NCBI RefSeq assembly: GCF_018350175.1
Contig: NC_058383.1
Span: 22,384,001-22,448,000, forward strand
Direction of reading: 5' to 3'
Source: Felis catus
Lineage: Eukaryota
DNA: 64,000 nt
Shown here piece by piece: positions 12,401-25,030 of the stretch. How positions within the stretch are numbered: the stretch's first letter is position 1; each line of letters begins with the position of its first letter. The notes beneath the pieces were generated by a model that searched no databases, had not been told where the DNA came from, and saw only the letters and a list, made by a program, of their open reading frames with translations. Both the position numbers and the translations under genes were made by a program.

Positions 12401-13965
12401 ACAAAAAGAACAAGCCCAAGGGCCACTCCAAGTCTACCCTATAGACAGAGGGATCACAGGATGCAGATTTCCGATCCTGCTAAAAAGGATGCTATCTGGT
12501 CCATCCCCATGTCAATGAGCTGATTCTACTCACATGAAATCGTGGACGTAAAGCTGGAACCGGTGACAGACTGAGATCACAAGACTTGGATAACAGTCTA
12601 GTTCTGATGCTAACTTGACACTGAACCTAAGAGTTCATGTCACCTCCCTGAGCCACCCTTTCCCCCACTGCAAAATAGGTCCAATGCATCCCCTTAGACT
12701 GTGTTAAGCTCCCGCAAGAACTGATGTTTTTCTCAGTGCTGTATACCAACAGGCACTCAACACATATACATCAAATGCAATAAATAAAACTAGCTGACCG
12801 CTTGCTCACCCAAAGCTTCATGTGAAGAACACGGGATGGGAATGCAAGTGCTTTGAATGTATAAATCACACTATGATGTATACTTTCATGTTTTTTTACT
12901 AATATGAAAACAGAAATAACATTGTCTTGGAAATGACATGCTCATCCCTTGAGACAAAAAAGCTCTGGGGCTTTTGCAAAACAAGGTTTGAGAATCACTG
13001 AAGTAAGAATTAAAGCTCATGACCTTAAAACGACTTAATCCCCCAAATCGGCAACACCGCATCCTGAAGCAACAGAGTTATTTTAACCAACCATGCAGTC
13101 AGTGTTTAACGTCCAAGACATAAGGCACAGAAGGGCAAAGGGGGTGCTATTTCACAGCATTCTTATTGAAACAGATGGGGGCAGTGGGGGTGAGCTTTCC
13201 CAACACATCTGTCTACCGCCAATTAAAACGTTGAGTGTTGAGGCCCTCACCAAAGATCTTCTGTCAAGGGCTCGCGGTAACAGGTACTTCTTTATCACTG
13301 AGACCAAGGGAGCCAAGGTACTTATTAACAGGAATTTGTTCCAGCAAATGACACAGAGAGATGTGGGATCCAGCCGTCTCCCAATTTGCACACACTTGAA
13401 AGCTGTTGGTGATACAGCTCTGGGAGGGCGTGGGCAGGGGGCCTATAGTTTTTCACACATTACACTGGAAAGGCTTCTAACTGTACAAGAAGGTAGGTTG
13501 TGGGAAGCCAGCCAAGCTAAACACTGACAAATTCCCTTCTGGTCAGTGTCTGCAAAATTTCTGTGCCGTCTTTGGTAGAAGCTCCTTTCCCGGGTCAATG
13601 TGATGGGCAGACATGCGGCATTCTCTTTCACAAATGGTTTCATGAGGATGCTCATCAGCCTACCCAGGTCATTCAGAGCAACACAACCCCTTGCAACCAG
13701 GCATTAGATAGATCTAGAGCTAAAATCACCATAACTGACTGGTTGCTCTGGTTAAAATCTCATGCCTCTGGTTAAAAACCATACTCTGGTTAAAATCCTC
13801 TTGAACTGAGGATTCTAAGAAGTGATAACAGTAACTCATGACACCCTCGTATACACTCTGGAGATATGCCCAACAAAGGAAACTGGGCAACACAGTTTAG
13901 GAAATGCCCAAGAGAACCCCTGCTCTCCAGTTGCGTCTTTATTATTTTAAAAAATAATATTTGTC

Positions 13966-14173
13966 TTTTTTTAAGTACATTTATTTTGAGAGAGAAAGAG
14001 AGCACGTGAGAGTGGGGGACGGACAAAGAGAAGGGGAGAGGAAGAATCCCAAGCAGGTTCTGCACTGTCAGTACAGAGCCCTACTTGGGGCTCTATCTCA
14101 CGAACCATGAGATGGTGACCTAAGCCGAAATCAAGAATCAGACACTTAACCGACTGAGCCACCCAGGCGCCCC
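13966..14173 (-). mobile_element. Can-SINE
   Basis: TSD AAAATAATATTTGT. Confidence 0.92.
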
Positions 14174-14256
14174 AAAAATAATATTTGTTAGCACATACTC
14201 AATGGGAAAATTAGAGAACACAGATGTATGCACCTGTAAACATATACAACAGACAC

Positions 14257-14296
<40 letters not shown>

Positions 14297-16549
14297 ACAG
14301 CACTTACAACTTCACATGATAAACTCATGTGATAAACACATATAAAATGTGTTTTAATTTTGATGATAAACACATATAAAAATATATAAGAATACCATGT
14401 GTCCCTTTAGGTTTTTTTCCTAGACATATACACACATATACACATCTTACTTCATAACCTGATTTTTTTTTCCTAACCAACCATATATCATGACCATTTT
14501 CCCAAAGAATGCAACCAGAATATTACCTGGCAGTATAATATTCCATCAAATGTTTTAACATTATTTACCCATTGTATAGTTTGGCTATTTACAATTATTC
14601 TCTGTTATCAATGGCAGCACAATGGCTTTACTAGTACATGTCTTTACACACATCTCTGTTTCCTGAAGAGGCTCTGGAATTGAAAATACTTTAAGTAAGG
14701 GATCACAAAAATTATAAGACTAGGTTGATGCAAAGTATGCCTTCATGGATATTGAAACATCCTAAGATTACAGTAGACATCGATGTCAGGAGGAAGATCA
14801 TGACTCGGGGTCCCAGTGTCTTCAGTAAACGGGGGGCGGGGGGGGACTGTATAGTGTATAGTGGTCGACAGATGAAAATGAGAAGAAGCAAGAGGGCAGA
14901 ATGGTCACTTACTAGAAGTCTTAAAGGTCAGCTCTTAAACAAGAGTGGGACCTCCAGGAAGCAATAATAAAGAACAACAGAAAAGTCAACTCCTGACTCA
15001 AAAGGGTTGTTATTCCTGACTGGGACGGTATCCCCAGAGGAAAGTTGGGGTTCTCTTTAGGCAAGAGGAGACACTGTTCAATAGAAGCAAGTCCAGAGTG
15101 TATAGTGAAGGATCATCAAGGGCATCAAGAGAGCCAGGAACCAGGTATGAAGCAGGAAAGGTACTGGGACTGGAGCTTGCCTCTCAGCCCATGACTAAGA
15201 ATTACAAGGTGGGAAGCATGGTTGGAAGTGACCGGCCTCCTAAGTCTTCTATGGGGTACATATCACTTTGCTTCCAAAAATAGTTAAAGGTACTGAGGAG
15301 TGTCTCTCCTGGTTTCAAAGAGGTGGCCAAAGATATGCTAGATGTATGAAGACGTTCTGTTCTGTCACAGCTGTCACAGGAAGGGTCAAAGCCCCTACAA
15401 GGTTCAGAGCAAGAAAACGGAGCTTTATTCTGGGCAAGGACTATCTCATAGGGTACAGGGAAGCTTCTTGCAATAGAGTAAGGGTATTAGGAGCTTTGCA
15501 GAGTGACAGTGAGGTCTATCTCAGGGAATCTTTTCTTGATTCAGACAATAAAATTGGAGAATGCAAGTTCAGTGTGTTCATTCTCAAATATTAACTCCCT
15601 CAGTAAGGATTTTCAAGGTAGCTGCAGAATGTAAGATTCTATAGAAACTCCTAGAATTTAAGTAGACCCATTCATTTATTAATTCATTTAAAGAGTATGT
15701 ATTGTCTACTCTGTGCAAGGCAACATTCTAAATAGAAGAGTGAACAATTGAGTCCCTGCCCTCATGGGGAATGTACTGTTTATCATTAACAACAAACAAA
15801 GAAATATACAGTAGAATGCCAGTTAATATTAGGTGCTCTAAAGAAAAGGGAAAAAAGGCTATAGTGTTATTTATTGTACAGAGATAACAAAAAAGAGAGA
15901 TTGAAAGAGAGAAACAGTCAGGAAAGCTGGGTTATACTGCAGTAATAAGCAACCCCAAAATAGGCAAAATGTTTCTTTTTCTCTGATACTACATGTCAGT
16001 GCCAGGCTGTTCTACGTAACCAGGATCAAGCTGATGGAGAAGCCTGAACTCAAGAGACTCTAGAACCAGTAATGGCATGCTCCAGCATAAAAATGGCACA
16101 GACCACTTTGGATTACAACTCATTGGCCAGAATTACTAATATGGCCCTACCTACCCACAAGGGAAACAGGAAGTACAATCCTATCATAGGCTCACAAGTC
16201 CAAAAACCAGAAATACTTAGTGACAAGCATTAGTGATTATGACAGTAGATAAATAGATGCAGATTTACTAATAGTAATAGCTAACACTCATATAGCACCA
16301 CTACAAACTAAGCACTAATGAAAATACCTTACACATACTGACTTACATATCCCTCATATCAATGCCACGGACATAGGCTCTATTAATATTTTCAATATCG
16401 ATCTCATTTTATAGCTGAGGAGGCTGAGGGAAGGAGAGGTTAAAAATCTTAACCCAGATCATATACTTGGTGAGTGGCAGAGCTGGGATTCCAATTTACT
16501 CAAGATAACACCAAACTCTATGATCTTAATCATTACATTATGTTGAATA

Positions 16550-16772
16550 TGGATAGAGGATGGATGGATGGATGGATGGATGGATGGATGGATGGATGAA
16601 CAGACTGATGTATGAATGAATGGATGGGTGCATGGAAGGGGTGGATGGATGGATGAGTGGATAAATGAGTGTACAGGTAGAAGGATAAGTGGATGGATGG
16701 ATGGATGGATGGATGGATGGATGGATGGGTAGATGGGTAGATAGGTGGATGGGTGGATATGTGGATGGATGA
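16550..16772. repeat. (GGAT)n-rich repeat
   Basis: Directly visible; similar tracts at 7693-7800, 47497-47650 and 49805-49860. Confidence 0.9.
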
Positions 16773-17854
16773 CTAGTCATGTTAAATGGAAATAATAGCA
16801 TTTACTAAGAAAATAAGAGAGCTTGACTCACGCTCCACCAGTATAAAGGGACTCACACGCTTGCAGGTCTCACATTCACCCCACCAGTCTTGGTCATCCA
16901 GCTATGTCACTATATTCTCAACAGCACACCTGTGGAAAAGCTGTCACAGGGTTCTAAGCACAAGGCCAGAGGCCAGCACAGATGCGACGTGTGCTTGCCA
17001 GTGAAATCCTTCCAGCCACCTTATAACCAGAAGATGGTTATATCTTGTAACCCTTTTTGGCAGGTGAGTTGGAGTAATTCCTTACAGATAAAGACAGTTA
17101 AGCCCAGGCCAACCCAGGGATGGCCATGACAGGCTGTGGCTGAGAAAAAGCAGCCATGACTAGGGCGGTGGAGAGAGGGTAGATCGACTGGTCATTATGG
17201 CAAAACCAATGGTGTCTGAGTCCGAAGCAGTAGGTTTTGAGGATTTCCCCTCTGGCACCAGCACACATTAAAATGGGAAATGGTTACCAAGCAGCATTTT
17301 GCTTGCTAACGGCATTCAACTTCCTGGGTAAAGAAAATACAGAAAGGCGGCAAGGAAGACAGCCTTTAATGTTCTGCCTCCCCATCCCATACCCACTATT
17401 CCCCTGCTACACGATCATGCCAAATTGGTTTCCTCCTTACCACCTTTACATGGTTCATCCCAGGGCCCAGAACAGTACCCTTCCCAGCTCTGCATGGCTG
17501 ACTCGTTCCCATCTTATAGTCCTCAGGTCAAATGTCAGTTGCGGGGGAGGGGTGTCCCCTATCTAAGATAGCCACTCACTCTGCTGCCTCCTCCTGATTC
17601 GGCCTCCCATGACATTTATCACAAACTGAACTCACTCTGTGTTTTTTCAATTTGCTTACTTGAGTGTTGTCCATCTGCTTGTGAAGTATCAGCCCCATGA
17701 GGACAGGGACCTATCTCAGCCATTCTACCTCTACAGCCTAGCTCGGTGACTGGAACATGGCTGGTGCCCCATAAGCAAACGGATGTGACAGCTGGGGGCA
17801 CGGAGGAATTGGAGGCCAAGTCTCCAGAAGAGTCTGCCCAAGACACTTCCACTC

Positions 17855-18405
17855 CGCCATTCCACTTCCAGGTAGACGTTCAAAAGAGTCATAAGCGGGG
17901 TCTCAGAGAGACATCGGACACCCGTGTTCACACTGGCATAATGCACAATTCACAATTGCCAAGAGATGGAAGTAACTCCAGTGTCCATCGACAGTTGAAT
18001 GAATCAGCAAAATGTGATATATACATACAATGGAACATTATTCGGCCTTCAAAAGGAAGGAAATTCTGACACGTGCTACAATATGGATGAACCTTGAAGA
18101 CATTATGTTAAGCGAAATAAGTCAGTCACAAAAAGACAACTACTGTATGATTCCACCTACATGAGGTACCTAAAGTAGTCAAACTCCCAAAAACTCCCAG
18201 AAAATGGAATGGTGGTTACCAGGGGCTGAGAGAAGGGGGAAATGGGGACCTGCCCGTGGCTACAGCATCTCAGGCTGCAAAAACCTCTGGAGATCTGCTA
18301 CACAACTTACCACACCTATACTATTCACTAAAAAATGGTGAAGGCAGTAAATCTGATGGTATCTTACCATGATTTTTAAATGTCTTAATATTTTTTAAAA
18401 CAATA
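17855..18405 (+). mobile_element. L1MA/L1MB 3' end
   Basis: ATACAATGGAACATTATTCGGCC...ATGGATGAACCTTGAAGACATTATGTTAAGCGAAATAAGTCAGTCACAAAAAGAC. Confidence 0.9.
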
Positions 18406-19995
18406 AAATGTCCACCTATCCCAGGGAACAGAGCAGAAAGCTGTACCTAAATCAGATAAAAGGAGAGAGGGGTGGGGGCTGGAATTAGGGAAAGATCCAG
18501 AAGCAGAGGGCCCATTTCCTGTCCTGTCCATTCTTTGACATACACCTTGGGAAGATGGACACAGGGGTCCGTGGGCCCGGGAGAGTCAAGAGAACAGGCA
18601 AACACTCCTTTCAACATCATGATGACTAAAGACTTCTAGAAATCTGCTCTGAGAACCTAATTAGGGTGCAAGCCCAGGATGCTTATCAGAGCCCTGTTAT
18701 AATAGTGAGAAATGGGAACACTCCCAATGACCGTCCTCGGGGCACCTGCTAGGAAAGGGTGGTCAAGCCGTGCGCCGCAGCCCACAGAGCCACACAAAAG
18801 AACAATGGTGAAATGGAAAATGACGAACAGGTAGTCTCATAAATCATCATAACCCCCCATCTGTGTGTATGAGAGACTCAGAGACAAACAAAGAAAACAG
18901 ACAAATACACCAAGGTATCAACATTTGTCGGGGGTAAGATTACTTGCTTCCTCTGTATCTTGCAATGTTTTGTAATGAATATGTATTGCTTCGGCAATGA
19001 GAAAGAATTATTTTAAAGAAGAAAATACGGCAGGGAAGTTGTTTATCAGGAAACGCTAGGGGATCCCAAAGAAAATTCTCATACCCTAACAGTCAAATTA
19101 TAGCACAGAAGAACCCCCAGTAAGGAACAGAAAATACAAAACTTCAGTTATATAATTCAGAAAGGCCTGCAGAGGCTGCCAGACACCCACAGAGACCCAA
19201 ACAGACCTTCTGGAACTCAAACCGGGGCACAGAAAACACACAAAAAAGTACAAGGACCCATCCAGAGATGAAAGATTCTATGTACAGCATCACAGAGAAA
19301 AAATGAATGTAAGAAAGAGTAGGTAAGTAATGTTCTTACTCCTTTTAGGTACCAGTGCCAGCTCTGGGGGGAAGGGTGAGGGGGCCGTTCTCAGAGCACA
19401 TTCCCAACACCCGCTTCCAGGGAGCCCCTATAATTAAGCTAATGCTAAGAGGAAGGAGCCCTTCTATTTAGCTGTCATCTGCGTGAGCACAGAGGTGAGT
19501 CAGGCAGCCCCTGTAGCAGAATGGAAAAGACCCAGGAGGCTGCCAGCTGACCTAGCTTCCACGGTGATCGCTCAAGGGAGGGTGGGGATACACACAAGGG
19601 AGTCTAGCGCGTGACCCTCACAGCTGGGGACAAATAATAACAATAGTAAACACCTTTAGAGCATGTCTTATGTGCCAGGCACTGTTCTAAATGACATATG
19701 TATATATCAGGGATTATATACATATACTCATTTAATTTTCTCAACAGCTCCATGAGATAGTTACTGTTAGTATCCCCATTTTGCAGACAAAAACTGAGAG
19801 GTTAAGTAACTTCCCAAAGGTCACAGACGCAATAAAGAGAGGCAGGTTCAGACCCAGAAAGCTGGGGTTCCAACGTCCATGGTCTGAATTACTATCCTGT
19901 TCTCTCCTGGGAATCCAAAAGACCACAAACAAGTGTTTCTCCCAGACTACCCGGACATCGGTTTATAAGAGATTCATCTCAGGAAGTTACGTGGC

Positions 19996-20262
19996 GGGGG
20001 GGGGGGGGGGGGGGGGGAAGCCTGGGTGGCTCACTTGGTTAAGTGTCCAACTTTAGCTCAAGTCATGATCTTGTGGTTTGTGGGTTCCAGCCCGGCATTG
20101 GGCTCTGTGCTGACAGCTCAGAGCCTAGAGCCTGGAGCCTGGAGTCTGCTTTGAATTCTGTCTCTGTCTCTGTCTCTGTCTCTCTCTCTCCCTCTCTCTC
20201 TCTCTGCCCCTCACCCACTCACGCTCTGTCTCTTTCAAAAATAAATAAACGTTAAAAAAAAA
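19996..20262 (+). mobile_element. Can-SINE with G22 head
   Basis: Head GGGG expanded to a G homopolymer. Confidence 0.9.
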
Positions 20263-20615
20263 AGTTGTTACATAGAAAGCGTCAGGGTCCAATATCCTTG
20301 GCACCTCATCACAGGATATGAAAACAGCAAAGGCTTACTCAAGAAAACCACTTTCCCACCCCCACGTCCCCTACTACTTGGACCCGCAGCCTTCCGTATT
20401 CTCTAGTTCCTAAGTGCCTACAAAGTGTGAAACCCAGCTCTCAGCAGGGGCCACACTGCATTCAACCACTGCCCTGCCTCTTGAGAACAGAGTCTGCAGG
20501 CAAAATGACAAGTCTGACTCCATTCTCCACTCCCTGCTTGCACTACCTTCAGAAGGCTAATTGCCCCCCCTCTCCACCTCCATTCTGCTTTTGTAAAACA
20601 GGGAGAACAGTATTA

Positions 20616-21249
20616 AAGTCAATACTCATTACTCACAGATTCTGTACTTGCAAATTCGCCTACTTGCTATTACTCGTAACCCCAAAATCAACACTCAAGT
20701 TACTTTCCTGGTCATCCTCAGACACATACGCAGCGGCAAAAAATCTGAGTCACCGAACGCACACATTCCCAGCTGAGGTTGAACAAGGTGATGTTCTACC
20801 TTCTCGTTTCAGTTTTCATGTCGGAAAGTTTTCTTTTTTTTTTTTTTTACAGTATATTTAGTACCACATTTTTCACATTTTTGCCCTTTTTGTTAGAAAC
20901 TTTGCTATTTCAAATGGCCCCCAAGGGTGTGTTCCTAAGTGCAAGAAGGCTGTGATGTAACATTTCAAGAAACTAGGTGTGTTAGGTAAACTTCATCCAG
21001 GCATGAGTTGTAGTGCTGTTGGCCATGAGTTCGATGTTAATGAGTCAAAAATAGGTATTAAATAAGGTGACTTTAAAGCAGAAATACACATAAAACAAGG
21101 TTATGCATTGAGGGGTTGACAAAAACGTCATGGTCAGAAGCTCAAGGGACCTGCCCCCGTATTCCCCTAGGAGCAATGTTTCGGTATTTACTAATTCGGC
21201 ATTTGCAGCAACTTTATCCAACATTAACTACCACAAATAACGAGAACTG
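20616..21249 (+). mobile_element. MER82-like TcMar-Tigger DNA transposon, near full length
   Basis: GCAAATTCGCCTACTTGCTA...CCCAGCTGAGGTTGAACAAGG...ACTACCACAAATAACGAGAACTG followed by TA. Confidence 0.8.
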
Positions 21250-21287
21250 TACCTCAAAGTCCTGTCAGTCTTAAATGAGCTGGTATC

Positions 21288-21493
21288 GGGGCGCCTGAGT
21301 GTTCAGTCGGTTAAGCATCCAATTTTGACTCAGGTCATGGTCTCACGGTTCAGGAGTTCGAGCCCCACGCTGGACTCTGTGCTGACAGCTCGGAGCCTGG
21401 AGCCTGCTTCGGATTCTGTGTCTCCCTGTCTCTCTGCCCCTCCCCCACTTGCACCCTCTCTCAAAAATGAATAAACATTAAAAAAAATTTTTT
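21288..21493 (+). mobile_element. Can-SINE
   Basis: TSD AATGAGCTGKTATC. Confidence 0.9.
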
Positions 21494-21739
21494 TAATGAG
21501 CTGTTATCACTAAGGCACCTGCAATAGTGCTTTGACAATACTAAGTGCTAGGTAGGCATTCTCCATGTTCATTTATACAGATCTCTTAGCTTGAAGACTG
21601 AGAGAAATAAAAAAGAACTGGGGCCCCACAAAGAACAGCTAGCGTTCATGACACTAGTGTTCATTAGACAAATATTTAGAAAGTGAGCAGTGATGATATG
21701 GCACCCCATTGGTGAAGAGCTCAGAGTCAATAACTGTCT

Positions 21740-22131
21740 TTAGGTTGAGGAAAGAAGACTCCAAGAAACACACGTGGGGTCCACGCCTGGGGTCTACTCC
21801 CCTTGGTTTTCCTTGAGCATCATACGGGGTCTTGACGGTGTCAGAAAGCTGGGCTGGTCATGTGACATGGTAGGCTGATCAGAAGCTCCCTCCGTGGATT
21901 TCACATTTTGAACAGAGCCATTCATCCTGTCTATGCTATCTTGAAGGAATGGACCATTCCATCTACTTCCTGGATCCCCAGAACTTCTCTGGTTCCAGAA
22001 CTTTCCAAAGCCTAAGTCTTCACCTTTTCCTTCACAGCTCTGATTTCTCCCATATCCTTCTAATAAGTTCACTTTTGCTTAAATTAATCAGATTTAGCCT
22101 ATGCTACTCACAGTCAAAGGATCCTAAGACA
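21740..22131 (+). mobile_element. Old ERVL/MaLR-type LTR
   Basis: 3' end CTAATAAGTTCACTTTTGCTTAAATTAATCAG...CCTAAGACA. Confidence 0.5.
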
Positions 22132-22279
22132 GGAGTTTTCAAGGGATAACCTCTCTTCTATCCACCCTCAGAATAAAGGAAGTTCCAGTGCTAACCACTT
22201 TCCCCCAGTGAACACTTTATTTTGAGAGGTGATATTCTGAAGGGAGAAATCAGAGCGAATACATCTATGAAATACCCAG

Positions 22280-22720
22280 ATACCTTTAAATGAGTTCACT
22301 TCTTCTGGCACAGAGGAATTTCATAAGCAGGGTTCCCAGAGATCTCACAAATGAGATCACCAAACTGCTCCCTGGACCCCCAGAAAACTCCTGAACAATA
22401 AAACACTACAAATTACCCCAATAGCATTCTGTTTTCAGAAAGGGAAAGAAACAGCAGATTCTACAGACAAAGAGCCAGGGCAAGGAGAATGAGACTCATC
22501 AGATGAAACTCATTTCCTTTATATATGTGTTTTATTTTTTCGGTTTCGTTTTGGCTTGGTTTTGGACAGTTGCAAGCAGGTGGACAAGGGAAGTGTGATA
22601 TGGAAGATGTGTCTGGACCTTAGCAAAGCTCTCCTCAGTGTTGTTCTCAACAGTCTTTTAGGAAAGTCAGAAAAACGTGCTCCATCTTCTCAGATAATTT
22701 GGTGGACTAGTACCATAACA
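22280..22720 (+). mobile_element. L3/CR1 LINE ORF2 reverse-transcriptase fossil, part 1
   Basis: Degenerate translations KLISF and VDKGSVIWKMCLDLSKALLSVVLNSLLGK resemble the CR1 RT motifs NLISF and VDxGxxVDVVYLDFSKAFDTV. Confidence 0.75.
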
Positions 22721-23140
22721 CAATTAGCCTTCATGTCATTTATACGCAAAATGACATAGAACTTTTTCCATATCTAGCTTCCCCAGTGGACTGGAGAATG
22801 TGTAAATGAAGGGACAGCATCTGTCTTTGACACCATTATATCTCCCACATCTAGCACTATGCTTGCTACTTACATCAGAGTTCAAAAAACTGCATGCATG
22901 CATGCATGATCAACAGGTGAATGAATTTATGCCACCTGGTGAGAGACCTCTACAAGAGTTGCAACCATAAATGCCTACAGGGCCAGGCCGGATGTGAAAA
23001 ATGAGGCAGAGACAGGAGGAGCCACATCCATCCAGAGGAGTCCCCTCCTGTCGGTTCCAGCTCTGCCACCTGATGGACTGAAGAAGGCAGGCTGCCGGTT
23101 ACTGTGATCTTTCAAAAGGCACCTAAATACAAGTATTTTA

Positions 23141-23356
23141 GGGTGCCTGGGTGGCTCAGTCAGTTAAGAGTCCGACTTCAGCTCAGATCATGATCTTGCG
23201 GTCCGTGAGTTCAAGCCCCGCGTCGGGCTCTGTGCTGACAGCTCAGAGCCTGGAGCCTGTTTCCGATTCTGTGTCTCCCTCTCTCTGTGACCCTCCCCCG
23301 TTCATGCTCTGTCTCTCCCTGTCTCAAAAATAAATAAACATTAAAAAAAAATTTTT
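23141..23356 (+). mobile_element. Can-SINE (SINEC_Fc-like)
   Basis: TSD TAAATACAAGTATTTT. Confidence 0.92.
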
Positions 23357-23424
23357 AAATACAAGTATTTTATGATGAAACCCTATTTTTAAACATAGGT
23401 CTTAAATTGTTTTAATATTTTAAC

Positions 23425-23454
23425 TTTTTAAAAAAATTTTTAATGTTTATTTTT

Positions 23455-23493
<39 letters not shown>

Positions 23494-23843
23494 CATGAGT
23501 GGGAGAAGGGCAGAGAGAGAGGGAGACACAGGATCGGAAGCAGGCTCTAGGCTCTGAGCTGTCAGTACAGAGCCCGATGCAGGGCTCAAACCCACGAACC
23601 ACAAGATCATGACCTGAGTCGAAGTTGGATGACCAAGTGACTGAGCCACCCAGGCACCCCTAACTCTTTTTTAAAATATTTATTTATTTATTTTTGAGAA
23701 AGAGAAAGAGAGAGAGACAGAATCCAAAGCAGGCTCTGAGCCATCAGCACAGAGCCCGACTCAGGGCTCAAACCCATGAACCATGAGACCATGACTTGAG
23801 CCAAAGTTGGACACCTAACCGACTGAGTCACCCAGGCACCCCT
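23425..23843 (-). mobile_element. Two tandem Can-SINEs (23425-23660, 23666-23843)
   Basis: Outer TSD TAATATTTTAACT. Confidence 0.9.
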
Positions 23844-23934
23844 AATATTTTAACTCTTTTCAGTTGAAATAAAATTATGTCTAGGGTGAGATTTAGCCCT
23901 TAGACGCCACCGGTGAGCTCTGCTAACTGGTAAG

Positions 23935-24285
23935 TTCGGGCTCTAGAAGTTCAGTCCTGTCTCACTCAGTGTTTTCACAGTAAGACCAGAGAATAGATCA
24001 AAGGAGTCAAGTTTTCAAACAACACATAACCAAGAAGGTTAGTGACCAGGCTGAAAGACAGAATTAGGATTGTCAGCATATTTAACAGAAGGGATTTAGC
24101 ATGAGCTAAATAGAAGGTCCAGAAACCAAATTTCCAAGTCCAGGAACCCAGCTTGGATTAAGAGGTTTTCAGATTCAAAACCTATCAATCACTGAAGGAT
24201 TTCATTAGACAAAAAGCTCAGTGAGTCAGCAGTATGAGAGAGCAGCCAAAAATTAGTTAGTGATTTTAGACTAATTGAACTATAT
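23935..24285 (+). mobile_element. L3/CR1 LINE ORF2 fossil, part 2
   Basis: Degenerate matches to KFADDTKL, EDRIRI and DxKLxxSQQxxxAAKK. Confidence 0.65.
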
Positions 24286-24813
24286 TACCAACATCAGTGA
24301 TTACAAATTGGCGGCCCACACATTGTTTGGCCTGTGAGTTGGGTGTTTTTTTGGGGGTGGTTTTTTTTTTTTTTTTTGGTTTTGAAAAAATAAATTACCA
24401 ATACTCCAAAATTAAGAGAGTTCCCATAAACAGTCTGGCTTCCTGTCTCTCTTGAAAAAATAAAAAAGGAAGCATCCAACAACAGTAGGCCTGTGTTCCC
24501 ACACTCACAAGAGACAGGCTTGAGCTAAGAAGTGGCCACGCCTGTGAGACGGGACAGGTTTCCCATTTCCCCAAAGTCCTCGCCACTCCCTGCAGCCTCA
24601 CCATCACCAAGACTGTCAGTTGCCAAGTTCATCACACTTACACTGTTATTTTCTCTACGGTACTCTTACAAGAAAACAAACATTCCTCTGCACCCACATC
24701 GCTATGAAAAGGGGGGAAAAGCATGCATTCAAAAAAAATACATGCTGCGAAAAATTATATATTCCTTGTGTAAGTGAAGAAAATCCTTATGGTTTAAAAT
24801 ATAGGCCATTTCT

Positions 24814-25030
24814 GGGGCGCCTGGGTGGCTCAGTCGGTTAAGCATCCGACTTCGGCTCAGGTCATGATCTCGCGGTGCTTGAGTTCGAGCTCCGCGTCGG
24901 GCTCTGTGCTGACAGCTCGGAGCCTGGAGCCTGTTTCAGATTCTGTGTCTCTCTCTCTCTGCCCCTCCCCTATTCACGCTCTGTCTCTCTCTGTCTCAAA
25001 AATAAATAAACGTTAAAAAAAATTTTTTTT
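24814..25030 (+). mobile_element. Can-SINE (SINEC_Fc-like)
   Basis: TSD AAATATAGGCCATTTCT. Confidence 0.92.

Larger units (their letters stand above)
22970..23920. mobile_element. hAT-Charlie-like DNA transposon remnant interrupted by three SINEs
   Basis: Terminal-like segment AAATGCCTACAGGGCCAGGC and a matching degenerate far end near 23880-23915. Confidence 0.4.

Noticed and set aside
13093..13527. 144-aa ATG ORF
   Set aside because: No recognisable homology and antisense within an intron; length is within chance expectation.
13746..13795. Repeat-spacer pattern as a CRISPR array
   Set aside because: The 12-bp repeats and 6-8-bp spacers are far too short, the context is mammalian, and there are no cas genes.
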